Below the pieces are notes generated by a model. That model was not told the origin of the DNA. It did no database searches and saw nothing but the letters and a program-made list of their open reading frames with translations. The translations under genes were made by a program, and so were the position numbers. 26,299 bases of DNA from a virus (Duplodnaviria > Caudoviricetes): positions 1-26,299 of the IMG/VR virus record IMGVR_UViG_3300023116_000290; one strand, given 5' to 3'. Positions 1-10,300 of this stretch are shown one piece after another. How positions within the stretch are numbered: the stretch's first letter is position 1; each line of letters starts with the position of its first letter.

Positions 1-1561
1 CAGTACCATCATAAGTGAAATTGGCATCATCTTCTAGAGCACCTGAAGTGCCAGCAATAACAACCCTATTATTTGTTAAGTCTGAAACGGTTGCAGAAGA
101 AAGGGTTGTTTCTCCACCACTGATATCAGCGCCACCATTACCATCAATTTGACCCGTGAAAGTAGAAACACCAGAAACGGCTAATCCATCAGTACCAGTA
201 GTACCCGTTACGTCAATACCGTAAGCCGTGGTCTCAAATTTCTTGGAGTTGTCGTAGTAGAGTTCTACTGCACCATTTGTGGTGAATACCGCTTTTGTTT
301 CATTTAAAGAACTATTTTGTACTTCAATTTCGTCGCCAGCAAGAATTAAAGAACCAAAACCATTATCTCTGACATAACTATTAGATCCGTCGTGATAGAG
401 TTGTAAATCGTAATTGACACCAAAATACATCCCATCATTATCACCAAGATATACGTTGGATTGGAATGTGGCTTTACCAGTTACAGTTAGTGCAGCACCA
501 ACTCTAGCATCAGCAGTGATGTTTGCATCAGCAGCAGTCAGGTTTGTGAATGTACCTTCAGCTGCAGATGATCCACCGATTGTAGCCCCATCAATAGTAC
601 CACCATTGATGTCAGCAGTATCGGCAACGAGACTATCAATGTTTGCAGTTCCATCTACCCAAAGATCTTGCCACTCTTGACCAGAAGCACCAAGGTCGTG
701 AGTTCCATCAGCAGAAGGCAAGAAATCCTGATTGACTTCCCATCCACCCGTGTCACTTTGCCATGTAATCGTCTTATCAGTGGCGCCTTTAAGTGTAATT
801 CCGCCGCCATTGGCTGTGACATCACTTGGAGAATCAACAGAACCAAGTTCAATGTTCTTATCATCAATGGTAACTGTCGTACTCTCAATGGTAGTTACAG
901 TACCCTGAACATCAAGATTACCTTGAACAGTAAGGTTACCATTGAGATCAGTATTACCTGTAACAGTCAATGCAGAACCAACTCTAGCATCAGCAGTTAC
1001 ATTCAGATCAGTAATAGTTGCATTGGTGGATGTCAGTGTGGTAACAACACCAGCAACTGCACGAAGATTTTGGGTGTCGGTGGTAGTTGCAGTTACGTCT
1101 GAGAATGTACCACCATCAACACCAGAGATGGTACTATTATCACCATCAATAATGATTGTTCCTGTACCAATGGTGAGAATACCAGTAACTCTTGCGTCAC
1201 CATTGACAACCAACATTTCCTTGAAGGTTGTTGCAGCACCCACTGAAAGGGCACTACCAACTTGACCATCTACAAAGTTGACGTTAGTGAAATTACCATT
1301 GGCAGATGTACCAATACCAATGGTGGTATTGTTGACAGTACCATTATGAATTGCAACAGAAGTAAATGTGGTAACACCAGCTAACCCAGTGAAGTCAAGA
1401 TTTGTAGCATCAGCCCTGGCTAACGGAAATCCACCAGCAGTTACACCATCATGGACGTGTGCTGTAATATCCGTGGTATTGATTGTGACTTCAGCAGTTG
1501 CGCCTGTAAAGGCGTCATGTTGTGGTTTTGTGCCTCTTCTAAATTGAACCTGTACAGCCAT
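1..1561 (-). CDS. Tail fibre protein with Mtd_N-like N-terminal domain; runs off the left edge (3' truncated)
   Basis: Not in the ORF track because it has no stop in the window. ATG at 1561 with GGAG upstream. Translates MAVQVQFRRGTKPQHDAFTGATAEVTINTTDITAHVHDGVTAGGFPLARAD (Mtd_N-type motif), then G/T/D-rich fibre sequence (DARVTGILTIGTG, DKNIELGSV, LPSADGTHDLG, GAVELYYDNSKKFETT). Open for 520 codons. Confidence 0.88.
   Translation of the reverse strand, partial: MAVQVQFRRGTKPQHDAFTGATAEVTINTTDITAHVHDGVTAGGFPLARADATNLDFTGLAGVTTFTSVAIHNGTVNNTTIGIGTSANGNFTNVNFVDGQVGSALSVGAATTFKEMLVVNGDARVTGILTIGTGTIIIDGDNSTISGVDGGTFSDVTATTTDTQNLRAVAGVVTTLTSTNATITDLNVTADARVGSALTVTGNTDLNGNLTVQGNLDVQGTVTTIESTTVTIDDKNIELGSVDSPSDVTANGGGITLKGATDKTITWQSDTGGWEVNQDFLPSADGTHDLGASGQEWQDLWVDGTANIDSLVADTADINGGTIDGATIGGSSAAEGTFTNLTAADANITADARVGAALTVTGKATFQSNVYLGDNDGMYFGVNYDLQLYHDGSNSYVRDNGFGSLILAGDEIEVQNSSLNETKAVFTTNGAVELYYDNSKKFETTAYGIDVTGTTGTDGLAVSGVSTFTGQIDGNGGADISGGETTLSSATVSDLTNNRVVIAGTSGALEDDANFTYDGT
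480..997. repeat. Direct repeat pair within the fibre gene, 480 nt apart
   Basis: 480-517 and 960-997 encode TADARVGAALTVT and TADARVGSALTVT. The core accaactctagcatcagcagt (21 nt) is identical at 497-517 and 977-997. Confidence 0.85.
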
Positions 1562-1588
1562 TGTCTTTCTCCGTTAAAAAAATAAAAA

Positions 1589-2395
1589 TTAAGATACGAT
1601 TGATCTGTCTGTGACTCTTCTCCAGTTTGTACCATCGGAGAAAGCAGGTACTGATCCACCCGTTTCATCAGTGACAAAGAGCATTGCGCCCACAGTAGCA
1701 GCACTCGGTAATGTTGAAACAGTATATGAAGGCAACACAAACTGTGTTGGATAAATCAATCCAGTAATAACAATAAATCCAAGAGTATATGAGTTAGCAA
1801 CCGACTGAGTGATTAAACCATTGTCAGTCGATGTATTAACACTATCTGTAATGAGTCCAAAATCTTGCTGGTCTGTTTCCCAATCAAATCCAGAAAGAGC
1901 AGAAAGACTTTGGAATGATAAAGTACCAGTACCATTTGTGGTTAATACTTGATTATTTGATCCATCCGATGTTGGATAGCTAAGACCACTTAATGTAGTA
2001 ATACCAGTTACATTTAAATCTTCTACACTCTGGAGAGTAGAAGCACCGTTGACGGTGAGTCCAGTCAGTGTAGGTGAGTCATTAAATGTGACCGTGGCAC
2101 CAACCCCAGAAGCTGTCGCTGTTAGGTTAGTACTTGAAAAATCTATAGTTGTAACACTCTCAGCAGTTCCAACTACAGATCCATTATTTTTAATCGTTAT
2201 ACCACTAATGGCAGAGGCACCAGGAGCAGCCTTCCAAAATCTAGTTCCATCAGTAAGACTAGCTAAAACCTGACCATCAAAAGACGGAGCGCCAGCATTA
2301 GGTTCTGCTTCTTCTAACTTTAAGTAAGAATATCTGTCGGTTGATACGCCTGAAGGTGGCGTAACCTTGACTCTACCAGAAAGTAATCTTGCCAT
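1589..2395 (-). CDS. Short fibre-associated virion structural protein (268 aa)
   Basis: T/S/G-rich, with the fibre motif YPTSDGSNNQVLTTNGTGTLSF and a C-terminal LPSYTVSTLPSA...AFSDGTNWRR module. Start overlaps the upstream stop (TAATG). Confidence 0.75.
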   Translation of the reverse strand: MARLLSGRVKVTPPSGVSTDRYSYLKLEEAEPNAGAPSFDGQVLASLTDGTRFWKAAPGASAISGITIKNNGSVVGTAESVTTIDFSSTNLTATASGVGATVTFNDSPTLTGLTVNGASTLQSVEDLNVTGITTLSGLSYPTSDGSNNQVLTTNGTGTLSFQSLSALSGFDWETDQQDFGLITDSVNTSTDNGLITQSVANSYTLGFIVITGLIYPTQFVLPSYTVSTLPSAATVGAMLFVTDETGGSVPAFSDGTNWRRVTDRSIVS

Positions 2396-2730
2396 TACTG
2401 CTTAGCCGATTCTAGTACACTAAGTAAAACTTCAATCTCACTATTTGCAGTTCCTTCCACTTTTAAAATATCATCGGTTTCAAGAACCAGTTTCTTGTCA
2501 ACAAGAATACCAGTATCTTTTGTTGGAATGGCAAAATTCTTTACGATCTCAATATCACTACCACTGCGAGAATGATACGCAGTAATTGATGAGATTCCTG
2601 ACGCAGTATTTGCAGCAGAAAAATTCAAAACAACAGTAGCAACATTCACAGGAGCAGTGTAAATACCCACACTGGATGTAGTCAAAGTATGTCTAATTGT
2701 TTTAAACGTGTTTAGTTGCGTTGCAGCCAT
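2395..2730 (-). CDS. Small all-beta virion/fibre-accessory protein (111 aa)
   Basis: Tightly packed in the operon. Has the YTAP...KLVLETDDILKV pattern typical of small structural proteins in cyanophage fibre clusters. Confidence 0.7.
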   Translation of the reverse strand: MAATQLNTFKTIRHTLTTSSVGIYTAPVNVATVVLNFSAANTASGISSITAYHSRSGSDIEIVKNFAIPTKDTGILVDKKLVLETDDILKVEGTANSEIEVLLSVLESAKQ

Positions 2731-2733
2731 TTT

Positions 2734-4296
2734 TTAATCTTCCAGTGCGATGATGAGTGGGGTTACTGTATTTAATAGACTTTGACTAAAGGCACGACCA
2801 GAAATTGTTCCTGTTGCCTGGTTGATATTCACATCTGGACCAATAGCAAAATTACCAGCCTGGTCCGTGCTCGTATAGACACACAAACCACCATCCCTCA
2901 TTACAACTTCTTGAGTCTGAATACCAACACCACCTTTTCTAGGTCTTGCAGCAGCCTTGTCGGTTCCAGTACCAACGTATTCAAAAGAGTGTGATGATGC
3001 AAGAATCAAACTCTGTTGATAAATTGGCGCAGTATTTCCTACACTAATAGAATTGTTTAGTACCTGTTTAAACGTAACAGTAGAAATACCACTAGACAGA
3101 GCCGTTGAACTTTCAACCCCATAGTAAATTGGTTGAATACCAGTCGTTACAGCTGCACCAGTTCCACCACCACCAGACAAGGTGATAGTGGGGTTTTGTG
3201 TATACTGAGATCCATTGGAAAGAACAGTAATTTCTGTGACCTTTCCATCCTTAACTTCAGCAGATGCAAACGCTGTTGCACCACTTGGTCCAGTTGGTGC
3301 TTCAACTAATACAGTTGGTGGAGAAGTATAACCAGATCCACCATTGGTTACGTCAATCTTCTCCAACTCATAATATAAAGTATCAAAATACATAACCTGA
3401 CCATCATAAGGACGATCAGTTAAGTCTGCAAGAACAACTTTGTCACTTCCAACACCAGATGCGGCGGTAACAATACCAACCATCATCATCGTACCAAGAC
3501 CAGCAGCAACTAAACCATAGTTACCAAAACTGGAGTTGGAGTTTGTAATATCACACTGACCACCATTTTCAGCATTAACAGCAATGTCACAGTTAATGGT
3601 GAACAATGAAACGAGTTGTGCATAAGCCTCATTCGAGACCGATACACCCGTTCCTGCAACATTGTATTGGGTATAACTATCAAGAACCATGGAGCCCGAA
3701 ACTCCATTATCATTATCCGCCAAATTACCATCAATCTTCATTCCCACAGAGCCAGGAATGAAGTTGGTGCAGTTTCTTACATAAGGTGATTGGGTGATAA
3801 TACCAACACCTTCGGGCCTAAATGCAATAACCGCAGAACATCCAGCCCCAGTGAAACTCATATCAGAGATATAGTTTCCATTATCTACTTGAAATAGATC
3901 CTGGGTGGTGTTCTGCGGTGCAACTACAACTGTTCTTAAATCCTGTCCAATAACAGAAACATGTGGAGGAAGAACAATCGGGTTATTCTCTAGGTAAGTT
4001 CCAGGATAGACCTGAATTACATCACCGTCGGTAGACAATCCAACTGCAGCCTTAATAGTGGCTTTTGCGGTTCCAAGTCGAAGACCATCGTTGTTATCAT
4101 CTCCATCTTTTGAAACAAAAATGAAGTTTCTAACAGAAGATCCAGCACCGGCTATAGGTACAATAGAGCCATCGTCTTTCTGTGTATAAACAATACCATC
4201 AGCTGTGTTGATGGCTAATTCACCAACTGGTAATTGTCCTGACGTTGGAACTTTACCAGCTACAGAAGATCGTTTGAACTTAATGTTCGACGCCAT
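2734..4296 (-). CDS. Tail fibre/spike protein: T4 gp37-like N-terminal module plus pectin-lyase-like beta-helix (520 aa)
   Basis: N-terminus IKFKRSSVAGKVPTSGQLPVGELAINTADGIVYTQKDDG resembles the T4 gp37 N-terminus. FVSKDGDDNNDG...ATIKAAV...VYPGTYLE is a typical beta-helix cap. Also has VTNGGSGYTSPPTV repeats. Confidence 0.8.
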   Translation of the reverse strand: MASNIKFKRSSVAGKVPTSGQLPVGELAINTADGIVYTQKDDGSIVPIAGAGSSVRNFIFVSKDGDDNNDGLRLGTAKATIKAAVGLSTDGDVIQVYPGTYLENNPIVLPPHVSVIGQDLRTVVVAPQNTTQDLFQVDNGNYISDMSFTGAGCSAVIAFRPEGVGIITQSPYVRNCTNFIPGSVGMKIDGNLADNDNGVSGSMVLDSYTQYNVAGTGVSVSNEAYAQLVSLFTINCDIAVNAENGGQCDITNSNSSFGNYGLVAAGLGTMMMVGIVTAASGVGSDKVVLADLTDRPYDGQVMYFDTLYYELEKIDVTNGGSGYTSPPTVLVEAPTGPSGATAFASAEVKDGKVTEITVLSNGSQYTQNPTITLSGGGGTGAAVTTGIQPIYYGVESSTALSSGISTVTFKQVLNNSISVGNTAPIYQQSLILASSHSFEYVGTGTDKAAARPRKGGVGIQTQEVVMRDGGLCVYTSTDQAGNFAIGPDVNINQATGTISGRAFSQSLLNTVTPLIIALED

Positions 4297-4349
4297 ATGG
4301 CTCTCTCAATGCGGTATGTACCTAATAGCCGATATATATCGACCTTTTC

Positions 4350-7300
4350 TTATTTAGTCAATTCATCAAGTCTTGACTTGAGTTCGTTAATTTGAACTTG
4401 TTGTTCCTTGATAGCCTCAATCAGAACGGCAGTCAACTTACCATAATCAACACCCTTCATGCCATCGTCACGGGTAGCTACCAACTCAGGTAATACCTTC
4501 TCAACATCTTGAGCAATAACACCAACTGAGTGATGGCCACTTGAAATCCAGTCAAACTCAACACCACGGAGTTGTTGAACCTTTTCAACGGCGCCAGTAA
4601 TACCAACAATATTAGTCTTCAGTCTTTCATCAGAAGAGTTTGTGAACTGTTGTGTAGATGGATTATATGTCAAGGTGCTTGACATTCTAATCGTTTCACC
4701 AGCTGTAGAAGAAGAACTATCAACGAAGTTGATGTAATAGGTTGCGTTACTAGAAGTTGCGGTTGTGTCTACAGTATCAGCAGATGTTGCGTTACCAGTT
4801 ACATTACCAGTTAAAGAAGCAGTGATTGTACCAGCACTGAAGTTACCAGAGGAGTCTCTAGAAACAATAGTAGATCCAGTATTGGATGTAGTAGCAGTAG
4901 TGGCACTATTTGGAATACTGTTCAGTGATGCACCAGAACCACTAAATGTGCCTGCGGTCAGAGTGTTTGTAGACGCATTATATGCAAGAGCAGCTTCTGT
5001 TGCTGCAGTTGTCATTGTACCAGAAGTCAGACTGGTAAGAACAAGTCTCTGTGAACCAGAAGCAGCACTCAGAGTAGCACCAGTGTTGGTCAGGTTTGCA
5101 CCATCACCAACGAAGCTTGTTGCGGAACAAACTCCAGAAGCAACGATGTTTCTCCATCTGTTTGCACCAGCACCAAGATCATATGTTGCATCCGAAGCAG
5201 GATCAATTCTACTATCAACTCTTGAAGTGATTGTCAGTGTGTCACTGGTTGCATTACCAATGTCAGTGTTTCCATTGAATGTTGCACCAGCACTTACTTG
5301 GATGTCAACAAATCTACCATCATCAATAGTAGTGATTCCACTAAGAACTGCATCACCAGTTACATTGAGTTCTGTCGTGACAGTACCAATACCAGTTCTG
5401 GACTGTAAGAAGGTGATGTCATTGAAGCTTGTAGATCCAAGGAAAGTTGCAATACCAGTAATCAGGTGATTGTCACCAACAATTTGTCCACGAACATCAA
5501 TACCATCTTGAGTACCAAGACGACCAGCACTTGTAGATCCGATACCAACCTGATCAACACTCAGTTGATTTGCATCAACTTCAGTTGAAACAAATCCCCA
5601 TCTCTTCCAACCTTGTTGTGTATAGATCCAACCAGCATATTGACCAAAGGTTGGGCTAGAGTTGAAGATGATATCACCTTCAGTTCCAGCATCTACAGGT
5701 TGTGAAGAAGAATATGTAAGTGTTCTTGGTTGTGTAAGACCACCAGTAATATCCAAAGATACTACCTCAACACCATCAGTTGATGTAGATGTCAGTTTTT
5801 CACTGATTTGTGTTGGTGCATTGAGTTTGATTGTGGTGTTGTTAAGTCCATCAACAACCAGACTTTCACGAATATTGACACTATCAAAGATGACATCAAG
5901 TCTTCCACTTGTAGCGTCAGTAGTAACATCAGATCCAGTCGTAGTTGGTACTGGTACGTTGAAGGTTTGTTCCGTACCATCAATAGAGCTTACTCTCTTA
6001 TTACCAATGTAGAAGTCACCAGCATCATTCATACCAGTGTAAACAACAGAACCACCATTATCCTGTTTGGACTGTGATAAGAACTGTTCCTCTCTAGTCA
6101 GAACTCTTGCCTGTTTCTGTGGAAGACCTGTTGAATAGTTACCTGGTCCATAACCAAGATATTCAAAGGTATGACCAGAAGCACGAATGATTGAATATCT
6201 TCTCTTCTCTACAGGTACTACACGAATCTTCTTAGCAACAGAAGTGCCATCATGAGATGCAGATCTGGATCCAAGCTGACCTCTCAGAACAGTTGCAGCG
6301 TCTGATGAGAAATCACTTGCAATTCTGATGATCTCACTATCAATTTGTAAGTAATCACCTTTGTAGAAACCAGAACTATCAGAAAGTGTCAGTGTTGTAG
6401 TTGTTGTGGTAAGTCCAGAAGCACCAAGAGTTGTTCCAATTCCAACAACGAATGGAACATGTCTCTGACCGATTCTTTCGTTTCCAGCCTGAGTAAGTCC
6501 ACCTCTTGCACCATATGCAATAGGAAGAACTTGTCCACCAGAAACATAAGCATCAGTATCAAATTCTTCAGTAAACTTAAATGTAAAGGTGTTGACACCG
6601 ACTCTTTCATTTACAACAAACTCTCCATTGTAAATGGTTTGAGCTGCACCAACAATCTTGAATGTATTATTGACATTCAATCCATGTGGGTATGCAGTAG
6701 TTACTGTAACGATACCAGTAGTCTTATTGGTATAGTTAATTGTAGTAATTCCTGGTGCATCACCAGAAAGCATAAAGAATCCAGTGTGAATACCAACTGT
6801 TGTTGCGGTGTAAATACCAGCATTAACACCATTATTATATGAAACTGATCTTGGTGTCAGTGCAGTAATGGTATGAATACCATTGAATCCAGAATCATAA
6901 CGATTAGTCTCAGAACCAACACCAACAATCTGAATTGCGTCACCGATGTTATCGTTGATCTTATTAACAGTGACCCAGCCCTCTACATAACCAGTGTCAG
7001 TTTGAACACCAGTTACATTCAGTGTGTGACCAACACCATAAGCAGAACCACCATCAACGATGGTAATCGAAGTAATACCACCATTAGCATCAATGGCAAT
7101 GTTAGCTGTTGCACCCTCACCAGTTGAAACTCCAGCATATGACAGAGTTGCGTTGTAAAGTGTGGTTGCAATGCCTGCACCATAATTTAAACCACTAGAA
7201 CCAATACCGACAGAAATGATGGAGTTTAAATTATGTTGTACATTGGTGAATACTGTTGAGATACCTTGGGAAGATCCAAGAGCACCAGTTACTGCATAAC

Positions 7301-10300
7301 CAATTCTATTTCCAACAATGAAATTGTTGGACATTTCTTTTGTAATACTGTTCGTAAGTTTGTTAGTAACAACCTTACCGATCGGTTCATTAACAGCAAA
7401 ACTTGCTGCATGAAGAGGATCCATTGTGAAGTTATCACCATCAAACTGAGGATAGAGATTCTCAATATTTTGGTTGAATCTAGCATCAGTAAATTCATTT
7501 ACTGTTGGAGAGATACTAGAATCAATACAGATCAAGTGATAAACACCATCCTGTTTGTTGTACTCATGAGCTCTGAGAGTCTCAACACGATATACGGTTA
7601 ATGTATCTTTGTAAGACTTTCTTGAGATTGTTGGAAGATTTGGTCCTCTGGTTGATACATCACTGACAAATGTTCCAGGATCATTCTCCGTGAAATTAAC
7701 CTCAAATCCCTTCGAACTGGTAATACCAACAATAGTTCTTGAGATATTATATCCAGAATTACCAATACCCGTTGGGTTACCTGTACTCTTTACTTTATTG
7801 AACTGTACAGTATCACCAATGATAAAGTTGTGTGGTTTTTCACTTACAACTGTTGTTACACCAGTGTTTGAATCCCTATCAATACTCTTAAGAATCTTAA
7901 TGTTTCTTTGAACATTAACATTAGGAATGTTATTAGTGAAGTCAGTTGATGTTGTTACACCAACGGTTTCCGATTCTTGAATTGCATAGCCAGGAATTGG
8001 AGGTCTAGCGTCAGAAGATTCTTTTGGAATTACATATCTGAGTTTATAGATCTTGTCACCTAAGGCTCTATTATCTTCTTTTCTCTTGATAAAGGTTTTG
8101 TTAGTTCTTGCACCAATCGAATCTTGATTGTCTACAATCTTGGTCCAAAGAGTGTTCTCAGACGTGGATATACCAGCGCGAACATACCAGTTGTTATTAG
8201 ATTCATCATACTGAATTGGGTGACCATAATCACCAGGAATCTTATCACTTACTCTGGATACGATCTTAAGTAAACCACCCTGATTGTTGTTAATGGTAAT
8301 AAAGTTACCAGACCCACCAAGGATAGCATCATTCTCTGTTCTTGCCAGCTTGATTTGGTCATCATTCAGAGATTCATTTTGTGATTGGTTAGTAACCGCA
8401 TAGTAAATTACACCATTTTCAATTCCATCGGGAAGATGGCCATCATCAGAGAAGACACGAACGCTTTCACCAGCAAACAATTTATGATCACTCTTTAACG
8501 TGATCGTATTACTTGAAATACTACTTGCCGTTCCAGTTCTACCAACCTCATATTCTTTCTTACCAACTACACCTTCAGTACCATCAAAGTTAATCATTCT
8601 GATTGGTGTTGAGAATGTTCCAACACCAGCAATACTTACATTCAGTAAGTCTGGATTTGATGTAGAAGATCTTGCACCAATTCTGTATCCATCAACAATG
8701 TTTGGTGGTGCAATATCAGAATCACTGAATCCATCCAGGAAAATCTTAGCCGTTGTTCCAACACCAACAGGTGCAGTTGTCAAACCAACGTTAATAGCTA
8801 ACCACTCCACAGTGGTATCATTCTTGACAAGATTTTGTGGAGGAACAATGTGAGTGACAAATCCTCTATTGTCTCTACCAAAGGAAGAGTCTCTAAAACC
8901 TTTTGAAATCAGAGATTTAGCACCAAAGTTTGAGTTAGAGTTTGTGATAGATTCATCACCACCATTCTCAGAAACAAAGTGTTGTGCAAAACCAATCGCA
9001 AAAACAGAAACGTTCTGTAAGAACGCATCATTTGAACACTTAATGTGGAAGTTTTCGTATGATGGTCTATAGATCGCATCACTATTCAGATAGAGAGGCT
9101 TCTCACTGTCAGCTACAGTGGCGTTCGTATCATACTGACCAGTGGTTGCATTGTAGTGGAGGAAGGCATTATTATCCTTCTGCAATCCAATTCCAGTATA
9201 TTGAGCAACAACCATAGACTTAAAGCCAGTGGCTTTAGATCCATCAGCATGAAGGCCACACATACCATATGAGGATCTCAACGAACAGTTGAAGATGTAT
9301 GGCGATGCGCCAGTTACACTATCAGTGTCTGCAATAACAACTTCATCTCCATCAAGTTCAGGTAAACCATCAAGAGGAGCACTAGATGACTGATATGTAA
9401 AGATTCTATCAGAAGATACACCACTGACAACAAAGTTGCCATTATAAATGTTTGGATATGTATTAACACCAGCAATTCTTACTGGACTATCAACAACCAA
9501 TCCGTGAGCAGCAGAACAATCTACAGTGATTGTAGTAGATGTGTTAGTTTTGGATCCAGCACCAGCACGAAGGCTATTAATACCAACATTATCCTGAACA
9601 ACTGGACCAACAATCTGATACTCAGGCAACTTAGGTTGCATATCAGTTGTTGAAGGCCAATCACCAATAGCACGACCAGAACTATCTCCATAAGCTCTTT
9701 GAATCTTATGGAAATACATTGAGAGGTCAGTGGTGGTAGATGATGTACCAACACCTACACCATTTACACCATCAGCGTATTCAAATACGGTCAGTTTATG
9801 GTGGGAGAAAGTGGGAGAATATCTATTAGCTGTGTAATCTCTATAAACAGATCCGATGGGGTCACCATCAAAGATAGAGAACTGCCAAAAATAACATCCA
9901 CCAGTTACGCGGAAAATAGATGTTCTTGCAACAGAATCATCAGTTGGATCTGGTACAAACTTAGGTCTTACCTTTGTCTTACGAAGATCAAGACCAACAA
10001 TAGATACACCACGAGGTACAACTACACCGCCTTCTACTGAGTTGTACTTGTAAAGATCATTACCAGCGTCATCTAAGTTATAGTTACTTTCGTCAGTAAG
10101 TTGAGTTAAAGTTTGGGAATTTCCGTTTCTATCTCTATAAACCGCAGTTCCACCACTATCTGTTACGTTATATCCAGGTCTGTTGTCAATCTCATGAGTA
10201 CCAGGATAAAGAAGAATGGTTGTACGATCAAACTTATCATTATTTTGACCAATCTGATATGAAAATCTAGCTGCCTCAAGCAGTGCTCTCTGGAGAGTCT

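Noticed and set aside
1-1561. Diversity-generating retroelement suggested by the Mtd_N-like domain and the nearby repeat
   Set aside because: No reverse transcriptase or Avd in the window. The repeats are short, both lie within one CDS, and their mismatches are not adenine-specific. The gene's C-terminus is outside the window, so a DGR cannot be excluded genome-wide.
414-10040. Many plus-strand ORFs (e.g. 668-1102, 4765-5469, 5662-6012, 8500-8853) and short alternate-frame minus ORFs
   Set aside because: They are antisense or off-frame shadows of Gly/Thr/Ser-rich fibre genes, with no RBS or recognisable motifs.
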